From positions 1 through 35,492 of the forward strand of contig CALXHD010000001.1 of assembly GCA_944388015.1 (NCBI GenBank): a stretch of 35,492 nt of DNA. Reading direction: 5' to 3'. The stretch is from an uncultured Clostridia bacterium. Lineage in GTDB: Bacteria; Bacillota; Clostridia; TANB77; CAG-508. The translations under genes were made by a program, and so were the position numbers. Position 1 is the stretch's first letter, and each line of letters opens with the position of its first letter. Positions 26,244 through 34,957 of the stretch are shown piece by piece. The notes below the pieces were generated by a model that was not told where the DNA came from, searched no databases, and saw nothing but the letters and a program-made list of their open reading frames with translations.

Positions 26244-28806
26244 TTACCTATCAACAAACTGAAATATGTTTTGTATTCTGATTATTTTCCCATCTTTATT
26301 TATTTTAATACCTATTTCTCCCATCTCGTCTGTCCTGTAAATTTTAATGTTCATACTCTTTAAATTATCTATTGTAATATCTGCTGGATGTCCAAAATTG
26401 TTGTTTTTTCCTACTCCAATTAATGCAATTTTAGGAGACACTTTTTGCAAAAATTCTTTATTAGATGATGTTTTAGAACCGATGATGTGCAATTTTTAAT
26501 ATATTTGCTTTTAAATTAATATTTTTGTTCAATATTTCTTTTTCTGCTATTTTCTCTATATCTCCTGTAAAAAGCAAAGAAAAGTTTTTATATATTAATT
26601 TAAATACCAGTGAATTGTTATTTATTGAATTTTCTAATATTTGCTCATTTTCTCCTGGCCATAAAATATTTATATATATATCTTTTTCTATCTTTATTTT
26701 CTGCCCCAGTTCTGCTACAATAACATTTATTTTTTTGTTATATACAATCTCTAAAAATTTTTTGTAGTTTTCACAAATTTCAAATTGCTTTCCAATAATA
26801 ATATTTTCCACATTTAAATTTTCCATTATAGTAAAAGCTCCTTTTACATGATCTGTATCAAAATGACTTAATATTACATAATCAATTTTTGTATATCCTC
26901 TATCCAATATATATGGCAATAACGTGTTTTTTCCAATATCATATGTCTCAGAACCTCCACCATCAACTATAATTGTCTTTCCTCTAGGAGTTTTTATAAA
27001 AGTTCCATCACCTTGTCCCACATCTACGAAATAAATATCTAAATCTTTTGGAATAATGTTAAATAAAAATATCAATAAAATTACTAAAATAAAAACTATT
27101 TTTAATAATCCTCTTGTCTTTTTATTAATTCTAAATTTTATATAAAATTTAAAAACTGCCAATAAATTTTTAAATCTTTTAAGAGTAGTTTTCAAATCTG
27201 TGTTATTATATAAAATGAAAATAATAAATAATATTGTAATTATTACAAAATACAGAATAATTTGGAAAATATGTGGTGTTGATAAATAAATAACTGAAAA
27301 TGGTAATCTGCCAACATTTGATATAAATAATAGGATTTTTATAAAGAAAATAACAATTGCTGAAAATAAATTCGCTAAATTTTGATTTAAACATAATAAA
27401 AATAGGAATATAAAACTAGTACACATTATTGCCTCTGTTATAAAACCTACAAGTAAGTTAGAAATTAAAAAATATATACTAAATGTATTGAAATGAAATA
27501 TACTAATAGGCAAAACTATCAATTGAGCAGATATTGTAACAGATGTCATGTTAATAATTTTATTTAATAATTTACTTGTTGACTCTTTTGCAAATATCTT
27601 TATTAATATTCTGTCTATTATCTTTTGGAACAATATTATACCAATTGTCCCTCCATATGATAATTGAAAGCCTATATTTAATACATTATAAGGATTAGAT
27701 ATTAAAATTAGTAAACTTGAAATTGCAATATTATTCCAAGTATCATTAGGTTTATGTAGTATTTTTGAAATCAAAAGCATTACTCCCATTATTACTGCTC
27801 TTACAACAGATGGTGCAAAACCAGTAATAAACATATATAATATGGTTATAAAAATAGAAATAAAGTATGAAATTCTTTTTCCGAAAAAAACTTTTGAACA
27901 TAAAACAGTTATTGATATCAAATATGTTATATGTAGACCTGATATTGCAAGTATATGTGATAAATTTGCATTTCTAAAATTTTCTTTTATATTATCTTCT
28001 ATTAAACTAGTATTTCCCAATAATAAGGCAATAATCACACTTGAAACATCTTGAGGCAACATATTTTTTATCTTATTTTGTAAATCTTCTGATAATTTTA
28101 ATGATTGTATTTTTATATTTGTAATAAAACTGGGGTTACTATATGCAAAACTTTTTAATTTTTTTATTTTTGTTGCTTCTAAATTTCCTATTATACCAAT
28201 CGTTTTTAGATATAAATTATAGTCAAACCCTTTATAGTTTCTCTTTCCCACTGGTGTATCAAAATTACCAGTAATTTCTATAATATCTCCTATTTTTTGG
28301 CCTTGATTTAAATTTTTGTTATTATTTTTTTGTTTAATAATTACTTTTTCATTATTCATCTTTAAAATATTACCAGCTATTTTTGCTTTTTCTAGAACCA
28401 ATGTATAATTTTTTTCATATTCTTTATCTGTTATTAAACTCTCTATTCTCCCAATAAACACTACATTGTCACTTTTTTCTAAATTTTTTTGTAAATTCAT
28501 ATATCTATTCTCATTCAGCCTAATTATATAACTTGATAAACATGCTGTTATTAATAATATCAAAATACTATTAAAATTCAAGTATAATTTGATATATCTA
28601 AAATATCTATGACTTTTTTTATAAAATGATGTTTTTTTATCTATTAGAAAAGTCTTTCTGACTTTCCTAATAGATAAATGAATAATTATAGCAATTATAA
28701 AAAAAAGAAGAACTATACCTTTTTTAAAGTATAGTCCCTCAATTATACCTAAAATATATCCAATTGCTATAATTAAAATCGGCCTTTTTGTTGTAAAATT
28801 CAACAA
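26244..28806 (-). pseudogene. comEC: DNA internalisation competence protein ComEC/Rec2, frameshifted in the metallo-beta-lactamase domain
   Basis: Track ORFs 26473..28806 and 26244..26492 join as ..LKIAHH|GSKTSSNKEFL.. once one extra C near 26480 is removed. The DUF4131/OB, polytopic Competence and Lactamase_B (HFDTDH) regions are all present. Confidence 0.85.
28637..28677. repeat. Dispersed palindrome copy embedded in frame within comEC
   Basis: TTATCTATTAGAAAAGTC-tttct-GACTTTCCTAATAGATAA has one arm mismatch. It is translated as HLSIRKVRKTFLIDK between N-terminal TM helices. Confidence 0.7.
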
Positions 28807-28816
28807 ATCTCCTCCT

Positions 28817-30238
28817 TTAATTTAATACTCTTCTCCCTCCTGAATATCCATATCCTGCATTATTTATACCAACAATACATACAGATTTTCCAGGTCTTGG
28901 TGCATGTATAACATTTCCTCCTCCAACATAAATTGCTACATGCCCATTATATACTACTATATCTCCCAATTGTAAATTTGACTTACTAACTGCTGTTCCA
29001 ACAGAGGATTGCCCTCCTGATGTACGTGGTAAATTTATTCCAAAATGTTTATATACATATGATGTAAATCCTGAACAATCAAATCCTGTTGATGGTGTTG
29101 TTCCTCCATATTTATATGGTATTCCTATAAACTGTTTTGCATATACCACAACACTTTCTCCAGTAACTGATGTATTTGTATTATTATTTGACTCTGTATT
29201 TTTCGCAGGTGTTTCAGTAGTTTCATTAGATGTTGTTTCTAATCTAGAACTACTTGCACCTCTAGAAGTTTCTTGTTTTCTATCTGACAATAATGATGAA
29301 AGTATGTACCCCTCATTTCCATCTACACTTACCTTACTCCATCCATTTTCTTCAGAAATAACTCTAACTTCTGTATTTATTGCTAATTGTATTATTATAT
29401 CTGATGTTCTATCTGCAGTTCTTCTTAAATTTACAGTTTCTGAATTAATATATTTTGTTACATTTGAACTTGCTTTTTCATTTGAAGTTGTATTTTCACT
29501 AGATGTCTCATTTTCAGTTTCATTCTCTACATTAGTATCTGTTTGATTTTCTTTTTGATCCGTATTATCTTCTTCATTTTCTGTAGAAGCTTCAACTTTT
29601 TCAAGTTTTTCTAAAACAACCCATCCTTGGTTTCCATCTATTTTTACACATGCCCAATAATTAATGACACTTACAATTTCTACACTTGTTCCACTACTAA
29701 TTTCGGTTACATCTAACGCATTTATTAATGGAACTATCTTCATTTTTACATCTTGTTTTGTTTTATATTGTCCTAAAAGATTTTGATCATTTGACAAGAT
29801 AGAATTATTTTGTGTATTATTTGCGATTGTATTACTATTTTGGTCTACCTCATTAGTACTTGTATTATTTTCAGCTATTTCATTATTTGTTGTATTTGTC
29901 TCATTATTAGTAGTTTCATTTTCGACATTTGTGTCATTATCTACAGTTTCTCCATCCACTGAAACTAAGTCATTTCTTAAATATCCTACAATATTATTAT
30001 GCTTAACTTTATACCATTCTCCAGAAGTTTCTAGGATTTCAACACTATCACCTTGACCAATCTGTTCCAAAATTTTAGAATCAGAAGATGCTTCTTCCCT
30101 TAGGTTAGCTGTTTGAACTGTTACTTTTGCCATATTTGTAGCTAAACTAGTATTTATAAAAAACAAACTAACTAAAGTAATTATTATTGCTAATATAGTA
30201 AGCATTAGTATGTTTTTTATATTCAATTTTATCTTCAT
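28817..30238 (-). CDS. Secreted cell-wall hydrolase: three SH3b domains, N/T/E-rich linkers, C-terminal NlpC/P60
   Basis: There is a signal/TM N-terminus and repeated '..LR...S..S.I...........GW.KV' SH3b units. The C-terminus carries YKYGGTTPSTGFDCSGFTSYVY...GHVAIYVG (catalytic Cys and His). Confidence 0.88.
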   Translation of the reverse strand: MKIKLNIKNILMLTILAIIITLVSLFFINTSLATNMAKVTVQTANLREEASSDSKILEQIGQGDSVEILETSGEWYKVKHNNIVGYLRNDLVSVDGETVDNDTNVENETTNNETNTTNNEIAENNTSTNEVDQNSNTIANNTQNNSILSNDQNLLGQYKTKQDVKMKIVPLINALDVTEISSGTSVEIVSVINYWACVKIDGNQGWVVLEKLEKVEASTENEEDNTDQKENQTDTNVENETENETSSENTTSNEKASSNVTKYINSETVNLRRTADRTSDIIIQLAINTEVRVISEENGWSKVSVDGNEGYILSSLLSDRKQETSRGASSSRLETTSNETTETPAKNTESNNNTNTSVTGESVVVYAKQFIGIPYKYGGTTPSTGFDCSGFTSYVYKHFGINLPRTSGGQSSVGTAVSKSNLQLGDIVVYNGHVAIYVGGGNVIHAPRPGKSVCIVGINNAGYGYSGGRRVLN

Positions 30239-30272
30239 TTTTTAACACATTCCTTTCAAAAAGGTACAAACT

Positions 30273-30345
30273 GGTTGGAAAAAATTTAAATTTTAAATAA
30301 AGTTCCTCTATAGTAGATCCTCAAAATTTAAATTATTTTTCAACC
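30273..30345. promoter_or_regulatory. Long AT-rich inverted repeat in the leader of the NlpC/P60 gene, 3' of ppaC
   Basis: GGTTGGAAAAAATTTAAATTTT (30273..30294) pairs with AAAATTTAAATTATTTTTCAACC (30323..30345). A 12-bp perfect core sits inside imperfect flanks, with a 28-nt loop. Confidence 0.4.
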
Positions 30346-30404
30346 TTCTAACTCCTTATATTACTATATTCATATTGTATAAAATTCTCTCATAGAATGT
30401 TATA

Positions 30405-31331
30405 TTATATATTTTTTTCTATAACAGGTACTACTTGTTTTTTTCTTGAAACAACACCTTCTAAAAACATTCTATTATTTTCTAAATTTTTTCCAAATGC
30501 TTTTTCTGCAACATCTGATCTATTTCCCAATACTATTGCTTCTGAATTACTATTTAAAATATCTGTTATTAGTAAAACAAACATATCTAATTCATTTTCT
30601 TTTATTGATTTCAAAATTTCTTCTTCTAACTTTTCTTTTCTTTTTAAAACATCATCAATACTAACAGCATTAACTTGTGCAACTATATATTTAAAATTAT
30701 CTGTTATTTTTAATTTTGCATCAAGATTTATTAATTCTTTTTCAGAAAAGTCACTTAAATCTGTTCCCGCTTTTAACATTTCTAATCCATATGTATTAAC
30801 ATCTATATTAGCTATTCTACTAAGTTCTTCTAATGCTACTCTATCATGTTCAGTTGTTGTTGGAGATTTTAATAAAAGAGTATCAGATATAATTGCACTT
30901 AACATTAAAACTGCTTCTTTTTTTTCTATTTTATGTCCTAGTCTTTTAAACTCTTCATAAAATATTGTACATGTACAACCATATGGTTTTGCTGTATAAT
31001 ATAATGGTTCTACAGTTCTAAAGTTTCCTATTTTATGATGATCTGTAACACCTAAAATTTTTGCTTTTTCTATTCCCTCTACACTTTCTGCAAAATCATT
31101 ATGATCAACTAGTAAAACTTCCTGATTTTCTTCTACTTTTTCTAATAGTTCAGGTGGTTCAATTCCTAAATAATCTAAAACATATTGTGTTTCTTTATTT
31201 ATCTTACCTAATCTTTTTGCTTCAACATCTTTCCATCCGTTTTTTTTATCTAAAATTTCTTCCACTAAACTTGAACATATTGAATCTGTATCAGGATTTT
31301 TATGTCCAAAAATATATACTTTTTCACTCAT
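30405..31331 (-). CDS. ppaC: Manganese-dependent inorganic pyrophosphatase (family II, DHH)
   Basis: FGHKNPDTDSICSS, LVDHNDF and VTDHHKIG are present, as is the DHHA2 C-terminus. Confidence 0.93.
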   Translation of the reverse strand: MSEKVYIFGHKNPDTDSICSSLVEEILDKKNGWKDVEAKRLGKINKETQYVLDYLGIEPPELLEKVEENQEVLLVDHNDFAESVEGIEKAKILGVTDHHKIGNFRTVEPLYYTAKPYGCTCTIFYEEFKRLGHKIEKKEAVLMLSAIISDTLLLKSPTTTEHDRVALEELSRIANIDVNTYGLEMLKAGTDLSDFSEKELINLDAKLKITDNFKYIVAQVNAVSIDDVLKRKEKLEEEILKSIKENELDMFVLLITDILNSNSEAIVLGNRSDVAEKAFGKNLENNRMFLEGVVSRKKQVVPVIEKNI

Positions 31332-31369
31332 TTTTATTACAGTCCTTCCTTTTTGTTTTTGCTATTATA

Positions 31370-32269
31370 TTATTTATTTCCTATTTTGTCAATAATTTGC
31401 CTTAAGTCTTGTACAGAAAAATCATATTTTTTATTACAAAAATGACATGTTAGTTCAGCCCCATTGTCTTGTTTAATAATATCTTCTAGTTCCTCTTTTC
31501 CTAAAGTTTCTAATGCTTCTGCCATATGTTCTTTTGAACAATCACACTTATATATAGGGACTATATTTTCATCTATTATTTTTACATTTTCATCTCCAGT
31601 AATCTTTTTGGCAATTTCTTCTAAACTCAAATTCTGATCAAGCATTTTAGATACTGCACCTGCTTTAAGAATATTTTGTTCCAATCTTGAAATTTCTTCT
31701 TCAGTTGCATCAGGCATTGGTGTTACTATATACCCTCCTGCTGATCTTACACCATCTTTATCAACCAAAACTCCTAAACCTACTGCAGTATTTTTTTGTT
31801 CTGATTTTGCAAAATATTCAGCAAAATCTTGTGCAATCTCTCCTGAAACTAAAGGACATATCCCTATATATGGTTCTTTTAAGCCCAAATCTTTTATAAC
31901 ATTAATATATCCTTCATTTCCAACTGCTGTAGAAACATCTAATTTTCCATCTTCATTTAATGGTATATCTACCACTGGATTTGATACATATCCTTTTACT
32001 ATTGGTTTATTATATGCTGTAACAAGCATTTGACCAATAGGACCATTTCCCTTTATCTGTATAGTTAATTTATCTTTTACACTTTTCATATCACATGCCA
32101 TTAAGCTGGCTACAGTAAGTACTCTTCCAAATCCTGCTGTTACAACTGGGCTTAAATCATGTATCTTTCTTGCCTCTTCAACTAACTCTGTTGTATTTGC
32201 ACATATTAAAGATACTTTCCCATCATATGCTAATAATTTTATTATTTTATCTGCCATTTTTACCATCAT
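31370..32269 (-). CDS. hslO: Redox-regulated chaperone Hsp33
   Basis: The Hsp33 fold sequence is present, with the C-terminal zinc centre CDCSKE...CHFCNKKY. The start is ambiguous among M1, M2 and M5. Confidence 0.9.
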   Translation of the reverse strand: MMVKMADKIIKLLAYDGKVSLICANTTELVEEARKIHDLSPVVTAGFGRVLTVASLMACDMKSVKDKLTIQIKGNGPIGQMLVTAYNKPIVKGYVSNPVVDIPLNEDGKLDVSTAVGNEGYINVIKDLGLKEPYIGICPLVSGEIAQDFAEYFAKSEQKNTAVGLGVLVDKDGVRSAGGYIVTPMPDATEEEISRLEQNILKAGAVSKMLDQNLSLEEIAKKITGDENVKIIDENIVPIYKCDCSKEHMAEALETLGKEELEDIIKQDNGAELTCHFCNKKYDFSVQDLRQIIDKIGNK

Positions 32270-32362
32270 TCCTTTTCAATGTTACTATCCGTAGTAACGC
32301 CTTTTACTAACATTAATAAAATGTTGATAAAAGGCGTACATACACATAATTATTATTTTTTA

Positions 32363-32518
32363 TTAATCTTTTTTCTCAAACATATCTTTAGATACTCCAC
32401 AAACTGGGCATACCCAATCTTCAGGAATATCTTCAAAAGCTGTTCCTGGAGCTATACCACTATCAGGATCTCCTTTTTCTGGATCATATATATATCCACA
32501 TGCCATACATACGTACAT
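32363..32518 (-). CDS. Rubredoxin (51 aa), missed by the ORF track
   Basis: The reverse complement reads [51 protein letters not shown]. The canonical CxxCG...CPxCG motifs are present, and AGAGGTG lies upstream. Confidence 0.9.
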   Translation of the reverse strand: MYVCMACGYIYDPEKGDPDSGIAPGTAFEDIPEDWVCPVCGVSKDMFEKKD

Positions 32519-32578
32519 TTACCTAACACCTCTTTCTTTGAATTTTTTATTTATTATTAACTTTTATAACTATTTTAT

Positions 32579-33829
32579 TCATTGATTACAATTATCAAAA
32601 TAAACCTGAAACATATCTTTTGATTCCCCACAAACTGGACATACCCAATCTTCAGGTAAATCTTTGAATTCTGTTCCTGCTTTTATTCCTGCTTTTTCAT
32701 TTCCTATTTTAGGATTATATATATATTTACATTGCAAACATTCATAACTTTCTTTTCCTGTTCTTTCAGGTTTAAAGTTTTTATATCCTGCCATTATTGC
32801 TACAATTACAATAAGTAAAAACGATAAAGCCTTCCATATCCCACTATCTGTTAAAATAATTGCGAACATTCCTAATATTGCACTAACTCCATAAAGTAAA
32901 ATAACTGCTTGCTTTTGACTATATCCTTTTGCAAGTAATCTATGGTGTAAATGTCCTTTATCTGCTTTAAATACTGCTTTTATTGATTTTCCTTTTATAA
33001 TTCTTCTAATTATAGCCATCATTGTATCAAAAATAGGCAATCCTAAAACTATTAATGGAAGAACTATAACAGCTGCAGTATAAGTTTTAGCAGATCCTAA
33101 TATTGATATAATTGCAAGTGCAAAACCTAAAAAATTTGAACCTGTATCTCCAATAAATGTTTTTGCTGGAGAAAAATTATATGGTAAAAAGCCAACTAAT
33201 GCTCCTGCTAACGCTGTTATCAAAACAATAGATAACATAGATGAACCATTAAGTACAAAAATTATTAAAAGTGACACTGCCGAAATAACTGAAATTCCTG
33301 ATGATAAACCATCTAAACCATCAATTAAATTTATAGCATTTGTAACAATAATTATCCATATAAATGTTAAAATTACTGATGTTACCTCATGTATCTGTGG
33401 AAAATTTAAAAAAGGTAATGTAATTCCATCTATTCTAATCCCTGAATATATAACAGCAATTGATGCTAATACTTGTCCAAATAATTTTGTTAATGGTTTT
33501 AATGTCTTTACATCATCAATTACTCCAAATATTGCTAAGATTATAACTCCTAATAAAAAACCTAACAGTTTTGTTCCATAATTTGTAGCATCAAATAGAT
33601 TTATAGTCCTTTCCATTGACATAACTATTATTAGATATATTGCTGATACTAAAAATCCTAATATTACAGCAGGTCCTCCAAGTCTTGGAATTGTTCTATT
33701 ATGTGTTCTTCTTTTATCTTTAGGTATATCAACTGCCCCTATTTTTTTTGCTATTTTTATTGTATATGGTGTAGCAACAAATGCAACTACAAATGCTAAT
33801 ATAAAGGCGATTGCAATATCTCCCCACAT
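32579..33829 (-). CDS. MraY/WecA/TagO-family undecaprenyl-phosphate sugar-1-phosphate transferase fused to a C-terminal rubredoxin domain
   Basis: The polytopic body carries NAINLIDGLDGL and FIGDTGSNFLGF. The last ~55 aa are [46 protein letters not shown], which has all four rubredoxin Cys. Confidence 0.88.
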   Translation of the reverse strand: MWGDIAIAFILAFVVAFVATPYTIKIAKKIGAVDIPKDKRRTHNRTIPRLGGPAVILGFLVSAIYLIIVMSMERTINLFDATNYGTKLLGFLLGVIILAIFGVIDDVKTLKPLTKLFGQVLASIAVIYSGIRIDGITLPFLNFPQIHEVTSVILTFIWIIIVTNAINLIDGLDGLSSGISVISAVSLLIIFVLNGSSMLSIVLITALAGALVGFLPYNFSPAKTFIGDTGSNFLGFALAIISILGSAKTYTAAVIVLPLIVLGLPIFDTMMAIIRRIIKGKSIKAVFKADKGHLHHRLLAKGYSQKQAVILLYGVSAILGMFAIILTDSGIWKALSFLLIVIVAIMAGYKNFKPERTGKESYECLQCKYIYNPKIGNEKAGIKAGTEFKDLPEDWVCPVCGESKDMFQVYFDNCNQ

Positions 33830-33844
33830 ATATATTCCTCCATA

Positions 33845-34291
33845 TTATTTCATATTTTTTTCTTCTATTTCTTTTATCATATTTAATCTATCTTCATATC
33901 TTTCGCCTTTAAATTCTCCAGCAATCCAATTTCTTATAATATTTATAGCCTGATCTACAGTTACAAAATCTGCCCCTATTGTTAGTACATTTATATCATC
34001 ATCTTCTTTAGCATGTTTTGCTGCAATCTCATTATACATTGTTGCTGCTCTTACACCTTTAAATTTATTTGCAATAACTGTCATACCACATCCTGATTTG
34101 CAAATTAATATTCCACTATCTGCTTCTTTTTTACTAACAGCTTCTGCAACTAACTTACCATAAATTGGATAATCTGTTCTTTCTTCTGAATATGTTCCAT
34201 AATCTTTATATTTTATATCTTTTTCATCTAAATATTTTTTTATTTCTTCTTTTAATTTATAACCTCCATGGTCTGAACCTATTGCTATCAT
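33845..34291 (-). CDS. rpiB: Ribose-5-phosphate isomerase B
   Basis: MIAIGSDHGGYKLKEEIKKYL...ICKSGCGMTVIANK is typical of the RpiB/LacAB family. GGAG lies 8 nt before the ATG at 34291 (the track starts at a GTG at 34300). Confidence 0.92.
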   Translation of the reverse strand: MIAIGSDHGGYKLKEEIKKYLDEKDIKYKDYGTYSEERTDYPIYGKLVAEAVSKKEADSGILICKSGCGMTVIANKFKGVRAATMYNEIAAKHAKEDDDINVLTIGADFVTVDQAINIIRNWIAGEFKGERYEDRLNMIKEIEEKNMK

Positions 34292-34390
34292 CAATATCAC
34301 TCCACTCCAATTTTATCTTTTACAATATATCATAATTCATTTTACATTACAAGAAAAATTTAAAATTTTATGATTTTTTTTGCAAATACC

Positions 34391-34419
34391 TTGCCAAAAC
34401 TAGAAAAATATGCTAAAAT
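34391..34419 (+). promoter_or_regulatory. Candidate rpsT promoter
   Basis: TTGCCA, a 17-nt spacer, then an extended -10 (TGCTAAAAT). Confidence 0.5.
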
Positions 34420-34463
34420 GTTTGTTGTTATAGCGTAATATAGACTAAGAGGAGGTGCTAAAT

Positions 34464-34730
34464 ATGCCAAATATTAAATCAGCTAAAAAGAGAGTTAAAG
34501 TAATAGAGAAAAAAACTTTAAGAAATAACATGATAAAATCTAGATGTAAAACAGCTATTAAAAATTTTGAACAAGCAATAGAAGCAGGAAATATGGATGA
34601 AGCAAAAAAATTATTTTCTGAAGCTACTAAAACAATAGATCAAGCATGTGCAAAAGGTGTTATTGTAAAAAACACTGCTGCTAGAAAAAAATCTAGTTTA
34701 TCTAAAAAAATGAATGCTGCTATGGCTTAA
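34464..34730 (+). CDS. rpsT: 30S ribosomal protein S20
   Basis: [13 protein letters not shown]....N...KS..KT.IK is the S20 pattern. AGGAGGTG lies 7 nt upstream of the ATG at 34464. Confidence 0.95.
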   Translation: MPNIKSAKKRVKVIEKKTLRNNMIKSRCKTAIKNFEQAIEAGNMDEAKKLFSEATKTIDQACAKGVIVKNTAARKKSSLSKKMNAAMA

Positions 34731-34762
34731 AAATAATAAAGATTATGCATAGTTTTTATATT

Positions 34763-34846
34763 AGAAATTGAAGAAATTTATTTTAGTTTATTAGTAATTA
34801 TTACTTATGTAATAATAAACTTTTTATAAAATTTTCTTCAATTTCT
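34763..34846. repeat. Long two-tier hairpin between rpsT and the transposase gene
   Basis: The outer 14-bp perfect stem is AGAAATTGAAGAAA / TTTCTTCAATTTCT. The inner 9-bp stem is AGTTTATTA / TAATAAACT (34785..34793 with 34813..34821). Confidence 0.5.
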
Positions 34847-34957
34847 TTCAGTAAAAAAGAGTAAAAATTTTTCGCAATAAAAATATAGAAATATAAGGAA
34901 AAAACATCGTAAATTTGATAGAATAAAATAAATTTTATCTAAAAGGAGCGATGTTTT

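Noticed and set aside
30239-30404. c-di-AMP (ydaO) riboswitch in front of the NlpC/P60 gene
   Set aside because: The region is too short and too AT-rich, and it lacks the conserved ACGGGG/CCCG-type pseudo-twofold elements. Only a simple inverted repeat is present.
647-31405. Many 60-190-aa track ORFs lie antisense to, or nested inside, the long genes. Examples are 647-874, 2021-2236, 2806-3015, 3000-3221, 3371-3625, 4424-4612, 6698-6889, 6974-7474, 8996-9214, 9372-9563, 9857-10048, 11636-11839, 12572-12754, 13031-13219, 13793-14014, 14366-14635, 14954-15151, 17486-17956, 19447-19644, 19651-19845, 20858-21088, 26525-26767, 27206-27394, 27842-28054, 29304-29546, 30397-30960, 30446-30664, 31061-31405 and 31687-31899.
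   Set aside because: Each overlaps a gene with clear family-level identity on the other strand or frame. Their translations are low-complexity F/L/I/S-rich strings typical of the antisense of AT-rich coding DNA. None has a convincing SD.
32279-32560. 93-aa plus-strand ORF
   Set aside because: It is antisense to a canonical rubredoxin gene (32363-32518, minus strand), which explains the open frame.
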